Shown piece by piece: positions 25,647-35,518 of a stretch of 64,000 nucleotides of DNA. The notes below the pieces were generated by a model. It had not been told where the DNA came from. It saw only the letters and a program-made list of their open reading frames with translations, and searched no databases. Both the position numbers and the translations under genes were made by a program. The stretch is from a plasmid: sequence record NZ_CP044080.1; one strand, given 5' to 3'. The number at the start of each line of letters is the position of its first letter. Position 1 is the stretch's first letter.

Positions 25647-27050
25647 ATGACCGAATACAGACTGCTGATCGATGGAAAGCTGGTGCACGGCGACATGACC
25701 ATGGCGGTCGTTAACCCCGCCACCGAACAGGTGCTGGCCCGGGCGCCGCGCGCGTCCAGGGGGCAGCTCGACACCGCGGTGGCCGCGGCCAAGGCAGCCT
25801 TTCCGGCTTGGGCCGCACGCCCGATCAATGATCGGCGCGCGCTGATCCTGCGGATCGCCGACCAGCTTGAGGCACGGGCCGAGGAATTCGCCCGGCTGCT
25901 GACGCAGGAACAGGGCAAGCCCCTGCCCGAGGCGCAGGCCGAGATTGCCTACACCTGCGCCTTCATCCGCCACCTTGCGGGCTACGACCTGCCTGTGAAG
26001 GTGATCGAGGACAATGACAACCGGCTTGTCCGGCAGTTCCGCAAGCCGCTGGGGGTGGTGGGGGCGATCATCCCGTGGAACTTCCCGGTGCTGATTGTGG
26101 CCTTCAAGCTGCCGCTGGCACTGCTTGCCGGCAATACGATGGTGGTGAAGCCCGCACCGACCACGCCGCTGACCACGCTGAAGCTGGGCGAGATCATCGC
26201 CGAGATCCTGCCGCCGGGCGTGGTCAACATCGTCACCGACCAGAACGACCTGGGCCCGGCGCTGACGGCACACCCCGACGTTGCCAAGATCAGCTTCACC
26301 GGCTCGACCGCGACGGGGCAAAAGATCATGGCCAGCGCGGCATCAACCATCAAGCGGCTGACGCTGGAACTGGGCGGCAACGACGCGGCCATCGTGTTGC
26401 CGGGCGCCGATCCGGCCAAGGTTGCGCCGGGACTGTTCGCGGGCGCCTTCATGAATGCCGGACAGGTCTGCCTGGCGATCAAGCGCGCCTATGTCCACGG
26501 CTCGATCTATGACGAGGTCTGCGCCCGGCTGGCCGAACTGGCCGAAGCCGCCGTGGTCGGCGACGGCCTGCAGCAGGGCACCACCATCGGCCCGCTGCAA
26601 AACCGCATGCAGTTCGACAAGGTCAAGGCTCTGCTCGACTCGGCCCGCGCTGACGGTCGCATCATCGCGGGTGGCACACTGCCCGACGGGCCAGGCTATT
26701 TCATCCGCCCCACCATCGTCGCAGACGTCGCGGACGGCCATCGCATCGTGGACGAGGAACAGTTCGGTCCGATCCTGCCGGTGATCCGCTTCGACGATGT
26801 CGAGGCGGCCGTCGCCAGCGCCAACGGGCTGGACCTTGGCCTTGGCGGCTCGGTCTGGGGCGAGGACCATGACCTGGCCCGGAGCGTGGCCGAGCGCATC
26901 GACAGCGGCACGGTCTGGATCAACAAGCACCTGGATTTCGGACCGAACATCCCGTTCGGGGGTGCCAAGCAATCAGGGCTTGGCGTCGAGTTCGCCGAGG
27001 AGGGCCTGGCCGAGTTCACCCAGGTCCGCATCGTCAACGAGGCGCGCTGA
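25647..27050 (+). CDS. NAD(P)-dependent aldehyde dehydrogenase
   Basis: ALDH motifs (ELGGNDAAIV catalytic Glu; FMNAGQVCLAIKR catalytic Cys). AGGAGG-like RBS before the ATG at 25647. Confidence 0.85.
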   Translation: MTEYRLLIDGKLVHGDMTMAVVNPATEQVLARAPRASRGQLDTAVAAAKAAFPAWAARPINDRRALILRIADQLEARAEEFARLLTQEQGKPLPEAQAEIAYTCAFIRHLAGYDLPVKVIEDNDNRLVRQFRKPLGVVGAIIPWNFPVLIVAFKLPLALLAGNTMVVKPAPTTPLTTLKLGEIIAEILPPGVVNIVTDQNDLGPALTAHPDVAKISFTGSTATGQKIMASAASTIKRLTLELGGNDAAIVLPGADPAKVAPGLFAGAFMNAGQVCLAIKRAYVHGSIYDEVCARLAELAEAAVVGDGLQQGTTIGPLQNRMQFDKVKALLDSARADGRIIAGGTLPDGPGYFIRPTIVADVADGHRIVDEEQFGPILPVIRFDDVEAAVASANGLDLGLGGSVWGEDHDLARSVAERIDSGTVWINKHLDFGPNIPFGGAKQSGLGVEFAEEGLAEFTQVRIVNEAR

Positions 27051-27088
27051 GCGCCGGGGATAGGCGCAAGGCACCAGAGGCCTGCCCC

Positions 27089-27565
27089 TTATACCCGCGC
27101 CGGCACCACGCCGCCTTCGTCCTTGAGCGTTTTCAGCACGATTTCCGAGCGGACCTGCGACACCTGGGGGTGCGGCAACAGATGGCGATGGACGAAATCG
27201 GCAAAGGCCTCAAGGTCGCGGACCCGCACGTCCAGGATGTAGTCTGCATCCCCCGACACCGAGAAGGCCGAGCGGATCTGCGCATGGCTGGCGACGAAGC
27301 GGGCGAAGTCCTGTTCGTTCGTCTGGCCATGGGCGGACAGGTTCACCCGGATGATGGCCCGCATCCCGACGCCCAGCTTGGCGGCGCTGAGCCGGGCCGA
27401 ATAGCCCTCGATCACGCCCGCCTCTTCCAGCGCCGCGCGCCGGCGCGAGCATTGCGAGGCCGACAGGTTCACCAGCCCGGACAGCGCGGCGTTGGTCAGC
27501 GCACCGTCTCGCTGCAACGCGGCAAGAATCGCAATATCGAAACGATCCAGTTCCATTTCGTGCAT
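27089..27565 (-). CDS. Lrp/AsnC-family transcriptional regulator
   Basis: N-terminal HTH (LDRFDIAILAALQRDGALTNAALSGLVNLSASQCSRR) and a C-terminal RAM domain. Divergent from hppD. Confidence 0.8.
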   Translation of the reverse strand: MHEMELDRFDIAILAALQRDGALTNAALSGLVNLSASQCSRRRAALEEAGVIEGYSARLSAAKLGVGMRAIIRVNLSAHGQTNEQDFARFVASHAQIRSAFSVSGDADYILDVRVRDLEAFADFVHRHLLPHPQVSQVRSEIVLKTLKDEGGVVPARV

Positions 27566-27683
27566 CTCTCGGCTGAACACGCATGAATCGTGCACAGACT
27601 GGGCAGATCGCTGCCGTTTCGCAAGCTCCGTGCATGGGCTGCGTGGCAATCTTGGCCAAGACGCCCGCGAACAGGAGGAGCCC

Positions 27684-28793
27684 ATGGGTCCGTTCCCGCA
27701 CGATGCCCCGAAGGCCACGATCAGCCCGGCAAACCCCGCCGGCACCGACGGCTTCGAATTCGTCGAATTCGCCCATCCCAACTCTGCGGTTCTGGACCGG
27801 GTCTTTCGCCAGATGGGCTTTGTTCCGGTCGCCCGGCACCGGACCAAGGACATCACGCTGTATCGCCAAGGCGACATCAACTATCTGCTGAACGCCGACC
27901 CGGACAGCCATGCGGCCGGCTTCGTCGGGGAACACGGGCCCTGCGCGCCGGCCATGGCCTGGCGGGTGGTCGATGCGCAGGTCGCGTTGAAACGCGCGCT
28001 GGACCTGGGCGCCACCGAATACACCGGCCCCGGCAAATCCATTGGGGCGCCCGCCGTCTACGGCATCGGCGGCTCGCTTCTGTATTTCATCGACAAATAT
28101 GGCGCCGAAGGCAGTGCCTATGAGGCCGATTACGCCTGGCTGGACGAGGTGAACCCCCGCCCCGAAGGCTTTGGCTTCTACTACCTCGACCACCTGACGC
28201 ACAATGTCATCCGCGGCAACATGGACACCTGGTACAGGTTCTACCACGACACGTTCAACTTCCGCGAGATCAAGTATTTCGATATCAGGGGCAGGCAGAC
28301 CGGCCTGGTCAGCCGGGCGCTGACCTCGCCCGACGGCAAGATCCGCATCCCGATCAACGAATCCACCGACGACCGCAGCCAGATCGAGGAGTACCTGCGC
28401 AGGTACAAGGGCGAGGGCATCCAGCACATCGCCATCGCAACCGAGGACATCTATGCCGGCACCGACCGTATCGCCGAAGCCGGCATGACGTTCATGCCCG
28501 GCCCGCCCGACACCTATTACGAAATGTCGCACAAGCGGGTGAGGGACCATCAGGAACCCGTCGAGCGCATGAGGAAGCACGGCATCCTGATCGACGGCGA
28601 AGGTGTGGTCGGCGGCGGCGAAACCCGCATCCTGCTGCAGATCTTCTCGAAGACGGTGATCGGCCCGATCTTCTTCGAGTTCATCCAGCGCAAGGGCGAC
28701 GATGGCTTCGGCGAGGGCAACTTCCGCGCGCTTTTCGAATCGATCGAGGAGGACCAGATCCGTCGCGGGGTCCTGAAGGCCACCACTGCGTGA
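27684..28793 (+). CDS. hppD: 4-hydroxyphenylpyruvate dioxygenase
   Basis: HPPD hallmarks (GFEFVEFAHP; HIAIATEDIY; IFFEFIQRKGDDGFGEGNFRALFESIE). AGGAGG RBS at 27673-27678. Confidence 0.85.
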   Translation: MGPFPHDAPKATISPANPAGTDGFEFVEFAHPNSAVLDRVFRQMGFVPVARHRTKDITLYRQGDINYLLNADPDSHAAGFVGEHGPCAPAMAWRVVDAQVALKRALDLGATEYTGPGKSIGAPAVYGIGGSLLYFIDKYGAEGSAYEADYAWLDEVNPRPEGFGFYYLDHLTHNVIRGNMDTWYRFYHDTFNFREIKYFDIRGRQTGLVSRALTSPDGKIRIPINESTDDRSQIEEYLRRYKGEGIQHIAIATEDIYAGTDRIAEAGMTFMPGPPDTYYEMSHKRVRDHQEPVERMRKHGILIDGEGVVGGGETRILLQIFSKTVIGPIFFEFIQRKGDDGFGEGNFRALFESIEEDQIRRGVLKATTA

Positions 28794-28865
28794 TACGTGT
28801 AGAGCCCAAGAAGCCTTTATAGGCGCCCTTCAGCGCATCAGCAATCAGCGGTCGGTATCGGACGC

Positions 28866-30161
28866 TCAGCACGTATCGCGCAGATGGCACTGCAACTGAT
28901 CGGCGAACCAGATGTTTCGCATGGGGTTCATACCCCATGATTGCATGTAGAAATGCGCGATATGGGACGGAATCCGGGTCCCGTCGCTGACCACAAGTTG
29001 CGCGGCCAGGGCACCCCCGGGGCTAAGCTGGTCCGCATAGGCAAGGCTGTCGCGCAGATAATCCATATCGCTGTCGGAGCGGCCATCGGGAAGGTTTCCC
29101 TTGCCGATCTGCGCCCGCTGGCAGGCTTCGCTAAGCGGCTTGCCACCTCGAACATAGGGAAGAAAGGCGATATCTGGCCGAGGTTCTCGTTTGAGGCAGG
29201 CGTTGACATAGGAAAGGCTGTTGGTGATGTAGCCGAATTGAGGCCCTTCCGCTCCTGAACCGTTGATGGTGCGGGTCGCATTCCAGAGGTGCCTGCTGCG
29301 ATCACGAAACAGCGCGGGGTCCTCTGCAACAAGCGCATAAGGATAATCGATCACGATTTCCGATATGGTGACAGAGTCCGGGCTGTCGGTCTGCAGCTTG
29401 GAAAAGGCAGTTAGGACGTCGACAAGATCCACGCTTGTGCCGCCGCCGCGTCTGGGCAGGCCTCGCAGTCGCCAGTTTGGAAGATTGACCACAAGCCGCA
29501 ATTGCGGAGGGGTGCCGTTATTTGCCTTGGTCACCAACTCGCGCATTTCGACCAGGTAAGAATGAACCGTCCGTACCGTCGTGTCGATATCGAAGCTTTT
29601 CTTGACCTTCAAACAACCGGCCTGCTTCGTTGATCCTTCGATCAAACGCAGGAAAGGGCCATCGACGTTCAGCGCAAGGATAGAAATCCCGGCGTTGGAC
29701 AGGCGCTGCAAGGATTGGTCGAACTCTTGCCGAGCCGCATGCCGACCCCGTTCCTCGGGCGAGAAACCCTGCCTGCACGCATCACCAGACAGGCCCGCCC
29801 CCGCCTCGTAACTGATCGAAAAGCCAAGATCGCGCTGCAGCCGGGCCAAGGCATCAAGATCGGCCTGCCGCAGGTAAGTCTCCTCTGGGCGGGAAATATA
29901 GGTCCCGTTCTCATTCCTGCCAAACCGCAGTTCGCTTTTCATCAGGAACGTGCCATTCAGTAGGATTTCCTGGACCCCAGCCTCATGCAGGTTCCTCCAT
30001 ACCGGTACTGTGTCGGCGCCAAACAGCGTCTGATTGTCAAGCGCGCGCGGACTCGGGCCAAACACGATGTCGGCTTCCGCCCGCGCTGGCACTGCCGACA
30101 GCACCGCCAGTGACAGGGAAAGAGCCAGCGACTTTGCCCAAGTCCGCACGGGAGCCATCAT
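28866..30161 (-). CDS. Secreted hypothetical protein (signal peptide) in a lower-GC polysaccharide-related island
   Basis: Signal peptide MMAPVRTWAKSLALSLSLAVLSAVPARA. 4-nt overlap with the upstream glycosyltransferase. GC is lower than the genome background. Confidence 0.5.
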   Translation of the reverse strand: MMAPVRTWAKSLALSLSLAVLSAVPARAEADIVFGPSPRALDNQTLFGADTVPVWRNLHEAGVQEILLNGTFLMKSELRFGRNENGTYISRPEETYLRQADLDALARLQRDLGFSISYEAGAGLSGDACRQGFSPEERGRHAARQEFDQSLQRLSNAGISILALNVDGPFLRLIEGSTKQAGCLKVKKSFDIDTTVRTVHSYLVEMRELVTKANNGTPPQLRLVVNLPNWRLRGLPRRGGGTSVDLVDVLTAFSKLQTDSPDSVTISEIVIDYPYALVAEDPALFRDRSRHLWNATRTINGSGAEGPQFGYITNSLSYVNACLKREPRPDIAFLPYVRGGKPLSEACQRAQIGKGNLPDGRSDSDMDYLRDSLAYADQLSPGGALAAQLVVSDGTRIPSHIAHFYMQSWGMNPMRNIWFADQLQCHLRDTC

Positions 30162-32443
30162 GAAATGGGCTCATCTTGCTTGCCGCAATGACGCGACAGC
30201 ACAGTCAGGTACAGGTCCTCATATTTCATGCTTGGTTCCAGCATAGCCTTTTCGGCCCATTCGTTCCAAGCGTTGATGAACAGTTCGTGCCGATAGGATT
30301 GAGCCAAGGCTTTTTCCCGGAGCGTCCGGAGCCAGAGGTTAAAGGACGCGGGGTTCGCTCCCAAGGCGATATGTGCGTCTTTCCCGCGTCGTGCGGTATT
30401 GTCCCAGGACGGCATCACCCCCCGGATGGTATTGGGCGGAAGAGCCCTTGAATATTTGTCCGAGACGGACGTCTGGGCAATCCTGTTGTAATCGTAAACA
30501 AGGCCCGAGAACTCGCCCTGCATCCCGCGCTCCAGAACGTTCCCCTTGGGTCCGCCAAACAGATAGTCGTCCCCTTGGACCAGACCATGCGGAGGCATTT
30601 CGATCCAGAAATCGAAGCAGTCCTGGCGGTGATCCTTGTCGCGGTCCAGATGGAACAGGACGGCACCGATTTCGACCTCGCCTACGCCATTGCGCCTCCA
30701 GGCCTGCCGAAGTCTCTCGACCGACGCCGCGGCATCGGGCAAATCGCTCGGCCGATAGATGACGAACCGCGGCCGGACGCCATCGGGGCGCTGATATCTT
30801 TCGTCGCGCATATAGGGCGCGCAATCGTCGGCAAAGGCGGTTTCAAATCCTTCCAGGTAGCTTTGCTCCAGAAGAACCGTGCCCGACATGCCATCCCAGT
30901 TCCGGCGCCAGCTTTCGTTCGCCCAGCACAGATAGAAGGGAAAGTCGATATCAGGACGCTTCAACAGATTATCCAGCGGCTGTTCCAATATCCGGCGGCC
31001 GTTGAACCAGTAGTGATAGACGCAAAAGGCATCGATCCCCGCCTTCCGCGCAAGCTCTGCCTGACTGCCCATCACCTCGGGCAGGCGCAGGTCGTAAAAT
31101 CCCAGATCCAAGGGAAGCATGGGTTGGGTGTGCCCTTCGAAGGAAGGCTTCGCAGTCACCACATTCCGCCACTCGGTGAAACCCTTGCCCCACCAGCGGT
31201 CATTTTCCTTGGTGGGATGGAATTGAGGCAGGTAGAAAGCACTGACATAGCGCGGCTTTCTGGACGACGTGGTTTCGTGGCCAGCAGTCTCCAACTCGGA
31301 CGTCTGGACGATCCTGTTGCCGAAAGCCTTGCACAGCGGCCCCATAGCCCGTTCAAAGCCATGAGCCACCGTCCCGTCGACCTGGCCATATTCGATGTCA
31401 AAATCGTTGGCGTTCAGCTGCAGCGCCTTGATCATGGCGATCATGTCGGATTTCAGCCAGTACATCGAGCCTGCGGGAAAGCCGCAATTCGCCCGGTCCA
31501 GCTCGATTTCCACCCTGTGCAGGATCTGCCGGGTTATTTCATAATTCGAACCCCACCATTTCGTGTCTTCATAGTGCTGTCCGTCGGACACCCAAACGGA
31601 CGCCCTGTCGTCGCACATGAAATTGTCGAGCCGATCGGGAAGGCTTTCTGGAGACAACAAGCCTTCGATCAGGTGCCGCCTCCAGATATCGCCGTCCAGT
31701 CGGTGGGGCGACTTCTTGGTGTGGATCTTGCAGATCGCCTTGTATTTTGACAGAAGCCCAGCATTCACCAAGCTGACGAAGGGCAGAATATCGCGGCCAC
31801 GGTTTTCCATCTGAACCACCACGGCATCGGGGAACGCTTCGGACACAAGGCGCTGACATTCGTTGGTAGCCTTTCCCCGATAGGTCAGGGTGACATACAG
31901 GTCAAAGTCGATGGTCAGGCTTTTCAGGATCTGTTCAAATTCGGGCCATAGCTCCGGATAATAGACGTGAACTACAACGGCATAGGGATTGACCGCTTCC
32001 TTTTTCAGCGCACCGATGTTCGGCGTCTTTTCAGGCGGTATCCGCTCGACCTCTGGCAGATCCTTGTAGAGTCGGTTCTCAAATCGGCCGGTCTTTGCAT
32101 AATGCAGAAGGGGAGAAATCCCCGCCGCGCGCACATCGGCATTGTACTTCAAGTAGGCGAACGGGGAAAAGTCCGGATTTGGCCGGAAACCACTGCTCTC
32201 GCCATAAACCGCGTAATGCCTGAGCGGGAACTTCTTGAACAGAGGATGAATATGGGGATAAGCGCCAAGGTAATATGTCTTGTCGAACAGATTTTCCGCC
32301 TTCGCGGCGCGGATCAGGGCCTTCTCCGAACTGCGAAGATTGAAGATCCGGAGAAATCTGAAAGCCCGTTGAGTGGTGGAAGCGGTTTGCTGGACCGAAC
32401 TCTTATACATTCTTGCAGTCCTGACTTCAAATTTTGTCGACAA
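30158..32443 (-). CDS. Two-domain glycosyltransferase: rhamnan-synthesis RgpF-like N-terminus fused to a WbsX-like (AFYLPQFHP) C-terminus
   Basis: N-terminal region has RgpF-type features (VVHVYYPELWPEF). C-terminal half opens with the WbsX signature (YVSAFYLPQFHPTKENDRWWGKGFTEW). 761 aa. Confidence 0.6.
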   Translation of the reverse strand: MSTKFEVRTARMYKSSVQQTASTTQRAFRFLRIFNLRSSEKALIRAAKAENLFDKTYYLGAYPHIHPLFKKFPLRHYAVYGESSGFRPNPDFSPFAYLKYNADVRAAGISPLLHYAKTGRFENRLYKDLPEVERIPPEKTPNIGALKKEAVNPYAVVVHVYYPELWPEFEQILKSLTIDFDLYVTLTYRGKATNECQRLVSEAFPDAVVVQMENRGRDILPFVSLVNAGLLSKYKAICKIHTKKSPHRLDGDIWRRHLIEGLLSPESLPDRLDNFMCDDRASVWVSDGQHYEDTKWWGSNYEITRQILHRVEIELDRANCGFPAGSMYWLKSDMIAMIKALQLNANDFDIEYGQVDGTVAHGFERAMGPLCKAFGNRIVQTSELETAGHETTSSRKPRYVSAFYLPQFHPTKENDRWWGKGFTEWRNVVTAKPSFEGHTQPMLPLDLGFYDLRLPEVMGSQAELARKAGIDAFCVYHYWFNGRRILEQPLDNLLKRPDIDFPFYLCWANESWRRNWDGMSGTVLLEQSYLEGFETAFADDCAPYMRDERYQRPDGVRPRFVIYRPSDLPDAAASVERLRQAWRRNGVGEVEIGAVLFHLDRDKDHRQDCFDFWIEMPPHGLVQGDDYLFGGPKGNVLERGMQGEFSGLVYDYNRIAQTSVSDKYSRALPPNTIRGVMPSWDNTARRGKDAHIALGANPASFNLWLRTLREKALAQSYRHELFINAWNEWAEKAMLEPSMKYEDLYLTVLSRHCGKQDEPIS

Positions 32444-33401
32444 GGCGGCGCGACAGTTGGACCCAGTACGCCGGAGTCAGTGAATCTCTGAAGACCACGT
32501 TATTTTCCTTCGGAAAAGCGCCGATTTCCACTCCACCACTCCTATCCTGGAACTGCCTGTTCAGGGGGCCGAATACATCTTTGAGCCGTTGATATTCGTC
32601 CTTGGTGAAGATGGTTGTTTTCATCCCGTCCTTGCCAATGTCGTCCAGCGCAACCCTTGCTGTTTCCAGAAGCCATGACTTGAACGGCCTGCCTCCAAGG
32701 ACATGCGCCACAACCCATGTTCCCAGCGGATCGGGAGAGACGTTGCTGTTTCCGGCAGGCAGGTCTTTCAGCGCACCGGCAAACTGGGGTAAGCCACATT
32801 CCGTCATCATGCGGCCGATGATGCCGTGACTTTCGCGCGCCTCGCGCTCGTATGAGAAAAAGGAAATTTCTTCTGGCGAGAAGGCAGTTTCCAGATAGTC
32901 TTTCAGATCGTTGTAATCCAGAAACAAGCCCGTGGCCATCTTGGAGGAAGCCGCGCCTTCAAAGAAGTTTCCCCAATGAATATTCACGCCGCTCTTGACG
33001 ACCTGCAGATATATGGATTGCAGGAATGAAATCTGGTTCCGCAGAAAGCAGACGACCTTTACTTCGTCAAAGTCAGACAGCATGTCTCGCAGTTTTCGCA
33101 TGTCGACCCGCGAATTCGGGTTTCCGCGCGAGAGTTCCTCGGTGCTGATCAGAACCGTGCGATCCGATTTCGCGTGGTCCCTTGCCAGCTTGGCCCATGC
33201 CGCTTGCGCGGTGGTGTCCAGATGGTAGGCTTCGGGCAGCTTTATCCAGTCCATTACCAAACCGTGCTGCCCACTCGCCTTTCCTATTTCCGGGAAGACA
33301 AGACCTTTTTCGGAAAGAAAACTCCTGTTCAATGCAAAGGTGTCTTGGATCGTCGTTGTGCCGGTTTTATGGGTACCGATATGCAGGATCACCTTGGACA
33401 T
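32427..33401 (-). CDS. Sulfotransferase-family protein (putative PAPS-dependent)
   Basis: N-terminal 5'-phosphosulfate-binding-like loop (ILHIGTHKTGTTTIQ). Operon with the glycosyltransferase via a 17-nt overlap. Start at MSKVILH. Confidence 0.5.
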   Translation of the reverse strand: MSKVILHIGTHKTGTTTIQDTFALNRSFLSEKGLVFPEIGKASGQHGLVMDWIKLPEAYHLDTTAQAAWAKLARDHAKSDRTVLISTEELSRGNPNSRVDMRKLRDMLSDFDEVKVVCFLRNQISFLQSIYLQVVKSGVNIHWGNFFEGAASSKMATGLFLDYNDLKDYLETAFSPEEISFFSYEREARESHGIIGRMMTECGLPQFAGALKDLPAGNSNVSPDPLGTWVVAHVLGGRPFKSWLLETARVALDDIGKDGMKTTIFTKDEYQRLKDVFGPLNRQFQDRSGGVEIGAFPKENNVVFRDSLTPAYWVQLSRRLVDKI

Positions 33402-33834
33402 TGCAGCTCTTGTTTTCTTGTGGCGTTTTGGGGCTCTTATCATGCGGGGACGGCGCTACACAACTGCGGTTCTGGCGCGCCAGATGGCGGCCGGCTGCAA
33501 CCCGCCCGGGCTTGACCGGAGCGTGAGTGCAAAGCTTTGTAATCAAGCTTCTGACAATGACGGATTCCCAAATTTTCCTTTAAACCCATAGTTGAAGCTT
33601 GAGGGCTGCGTGCAATGAAAAGCCTGCTGGATCAGCCTCTCACTTGGCCCGGAAGGCCGCGCCGCGTCAGCGGCGGCCTGTCGGGACCGGGGGTTGCCGT
33701 TGCAATGACCACGTTCACATAGTTGTGGACGTCATTTCTGGCCCGGCGGATCGGGCGGCGTGAACGGTGTCCTGGTTCAGCAAACGACATGGCGGACGAT
33801 CCCTCCATGCAGCCCAGACAAACGCGCAGAAAGC

Positions 33835-33862
33835 AAAGGCTGGCCCCGAAAGGCCAGCCTGC
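33835..33862 (-). terminator. Candidate stem-loop terminator downstream of terC
   Basis: Inverted repeat AGGCTGGCC-ccgaa-GGCCAGCCT about 30 nt past the terC stop. The minus-strand trailing sequence is only partly T-rich (TTTGCTTTCT). Confidence 0.3.
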
Positions 33863-33891
33863 AGCACCCGCGATCAAATCGGAACGAACGA

Positions 33892-34512
33892 TCAATGCGC
33901 CATGCAGAGCGCGGGAAGGATGCCGGCGCAGGCGACTTCTTCGCTGCCTTCATAGATCATGCGCAGCGCGACGAACAGGATCACGGCAAGGCCGATCCAG
34001 GCGATGAAGCGATACTTGTTCAGCACCCGCGCGATCAGCGTGGCGGCCGCCCCCATCAGCACGACCGAGATGAGCAGCCCGATCACCAGCACGCCCACAT
34101 GTTCGCGCGCCGCACCGGCCACCGCCAGGACGTTGTCGAGCGACATCGACACATCCGCGATGATGATCTGGATCATCGCCTGCCAGAAGCCCTTCTTGGG
34201 CGCGCGCTCGGCGTCGGACAAGGCGTCGTCGGCGTTGTTATGTTCGCGGATCTCGCGATACATCTTCCAGCAGACCCACAGCAGCAGGATCCCGCCGGCC
34301 AGTGTCAGGCCGACGATGGCCAGCAGTTGCACGGCGATCAGAGCGAACAGGATGCGCAGGACGACGGCGCCGCCGATGCCCCAGAAGATGACGCGGCGGC
34401 GGATCGACGGATCGACCCCCGCGGCCGCCATGCCGACGACGACGGCATTGTCGCCAGCCAGGACGACGTCGATGAAGAGCACTTGCAGCAAGGCATAGAA
34501 CTCTGCGGCCAT
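33892..34512 (-). CDS. TerC/YjbE-family integral membrane protein (putative Mn2+/metal efflux)
   Basis: TerC-family repeat motifs (LAGDNAVVV...; SLDNVLAVAGAA). Start at MAAEFYALL. Confidence 0.8.
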   Translation of the reverse strand: MAAEFYALLQVLFIDVVLAGDNAVVVGMAAAGVDPSIRRRVIFWGIGGAVVLRILFALIAVQLLAIVGLTLAGGILLLWVCWKMYREIREHNNADDALSDAERAPKKGFWQAMIQIIIADVSMSLDNVLAVAGAAREHVGVLVIGLLISVVLMGAAATLIARVLNKYRFIAWIGLAVILFVALRMIYEGSEEVACAGILPALCMAH

Positions 34513-34766
34513 AAAGGATTCGGTCAAGGCGAGCACCCGTCGTTATCAAGGACAAGACATCCGCAGACTGAGCCTGCTGCGCACACCCTGTCGAGCGATT
34601 TCCTGCGACGGGGCGCCGCACCTGCCGACCAGCGCGGGAACGTGGCGGGGATGAGCCAAGATCCCGTGAAGGTCAAGGTCCGCCGTGCGCGTCAGCCGGA
34701 ATGGGACGCGCGGCCGTCCGCCGAATCGGGGCGGCAACTGCCCCCTGCTGACAGCAAGGGCCGCGC

Positions 34767-35321
34767 TCAGGACGCGAAACCCAGCCAGCCCTCCAAGGCC
34801 TCCCAGCTTTGATCCATGGGCCATGCCGCGGTATGGGGAATGGCGATATGGCCGTAACGGAACGAGATCTGGCGTTCCGCCGCCTTTTCATCGTGGTCCA
34901 GGTCGGCCAGCAGCAGGGCGGAGGCCAGCCCGGTACGGTCCGCCCCCGACAGGCAGTGGATCAGGACCGGCTTGGGCACGGAGCGCATCAACGCGACCAG
35001 GGCGGCCGCGTGGTCGCGGTCCAGTTGCCGCCCGGCCGACATGCCGAAGTCGCGGTGCATGATGCCAAGCGCGCGCGAGGCGGCGATCTCGGCGTCGTAC
35101 CAGGCCGCGCCGTCGTGGCGCCCGCGCAGGTTGATGACGCTGCGGATGCCGTGGTCCGCGACCCATCGCGCCAGATCGTCGGCACTGGGCTGGGCGGAGC
35201 GATAGGCGATGCCTTCGACCACCGTGTGAAAGTTTCCGCGCAGTTGCAGGGTGGCGAGATATCCCCCCGGCAGGGCAAGGCAGGCGAAGGCGGCAAGGAC
35301 AAGGCGAAGAAGGGTTTTCAT
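34767..35321 (-). CDS. Secreted protein-tyrosine/dual-specificity phosphatase-like protein
   Basis: Signal peptide MKTLLRLVLAAFACLA and a CX5R P-loop (HCLSGADRTG). Confidence 0.6.
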   Translation of the reverse strand: MKTLLRLVLAAFACLALPGGYLATLQLRGNFHTVVEGIAYRSAQPSADDLARWVADHGIRSVINLRGRHDGAAWYDAEIAASRALGIMHRDFGMSAGRQLDRDHAAALVALMRSVPKPVLIHCLSGADRTGLASALLLADLDHDEKAAERQISFRYGHIAIPHTAAWPMDQSWEALEGWLGFAS

Positions 35322-35518
35322 GGGCAACCGTGGCAGTGGATCTGCCCACCCGTCGCGCCCCAACCTGACGCCAACCTGAGCATTGGCGGAAGGCGTGCAG
35401 TCTCTAAGCCTCGGCCCGGGGGCCGGTGCGGATAATGGTAACCAAGGATGATGCATCGCGGGACCGGTCCGCGATGCGGATGGTCAGCACAGGTCCATAC
35501 GCCCGGGTCGTGCGCCGG

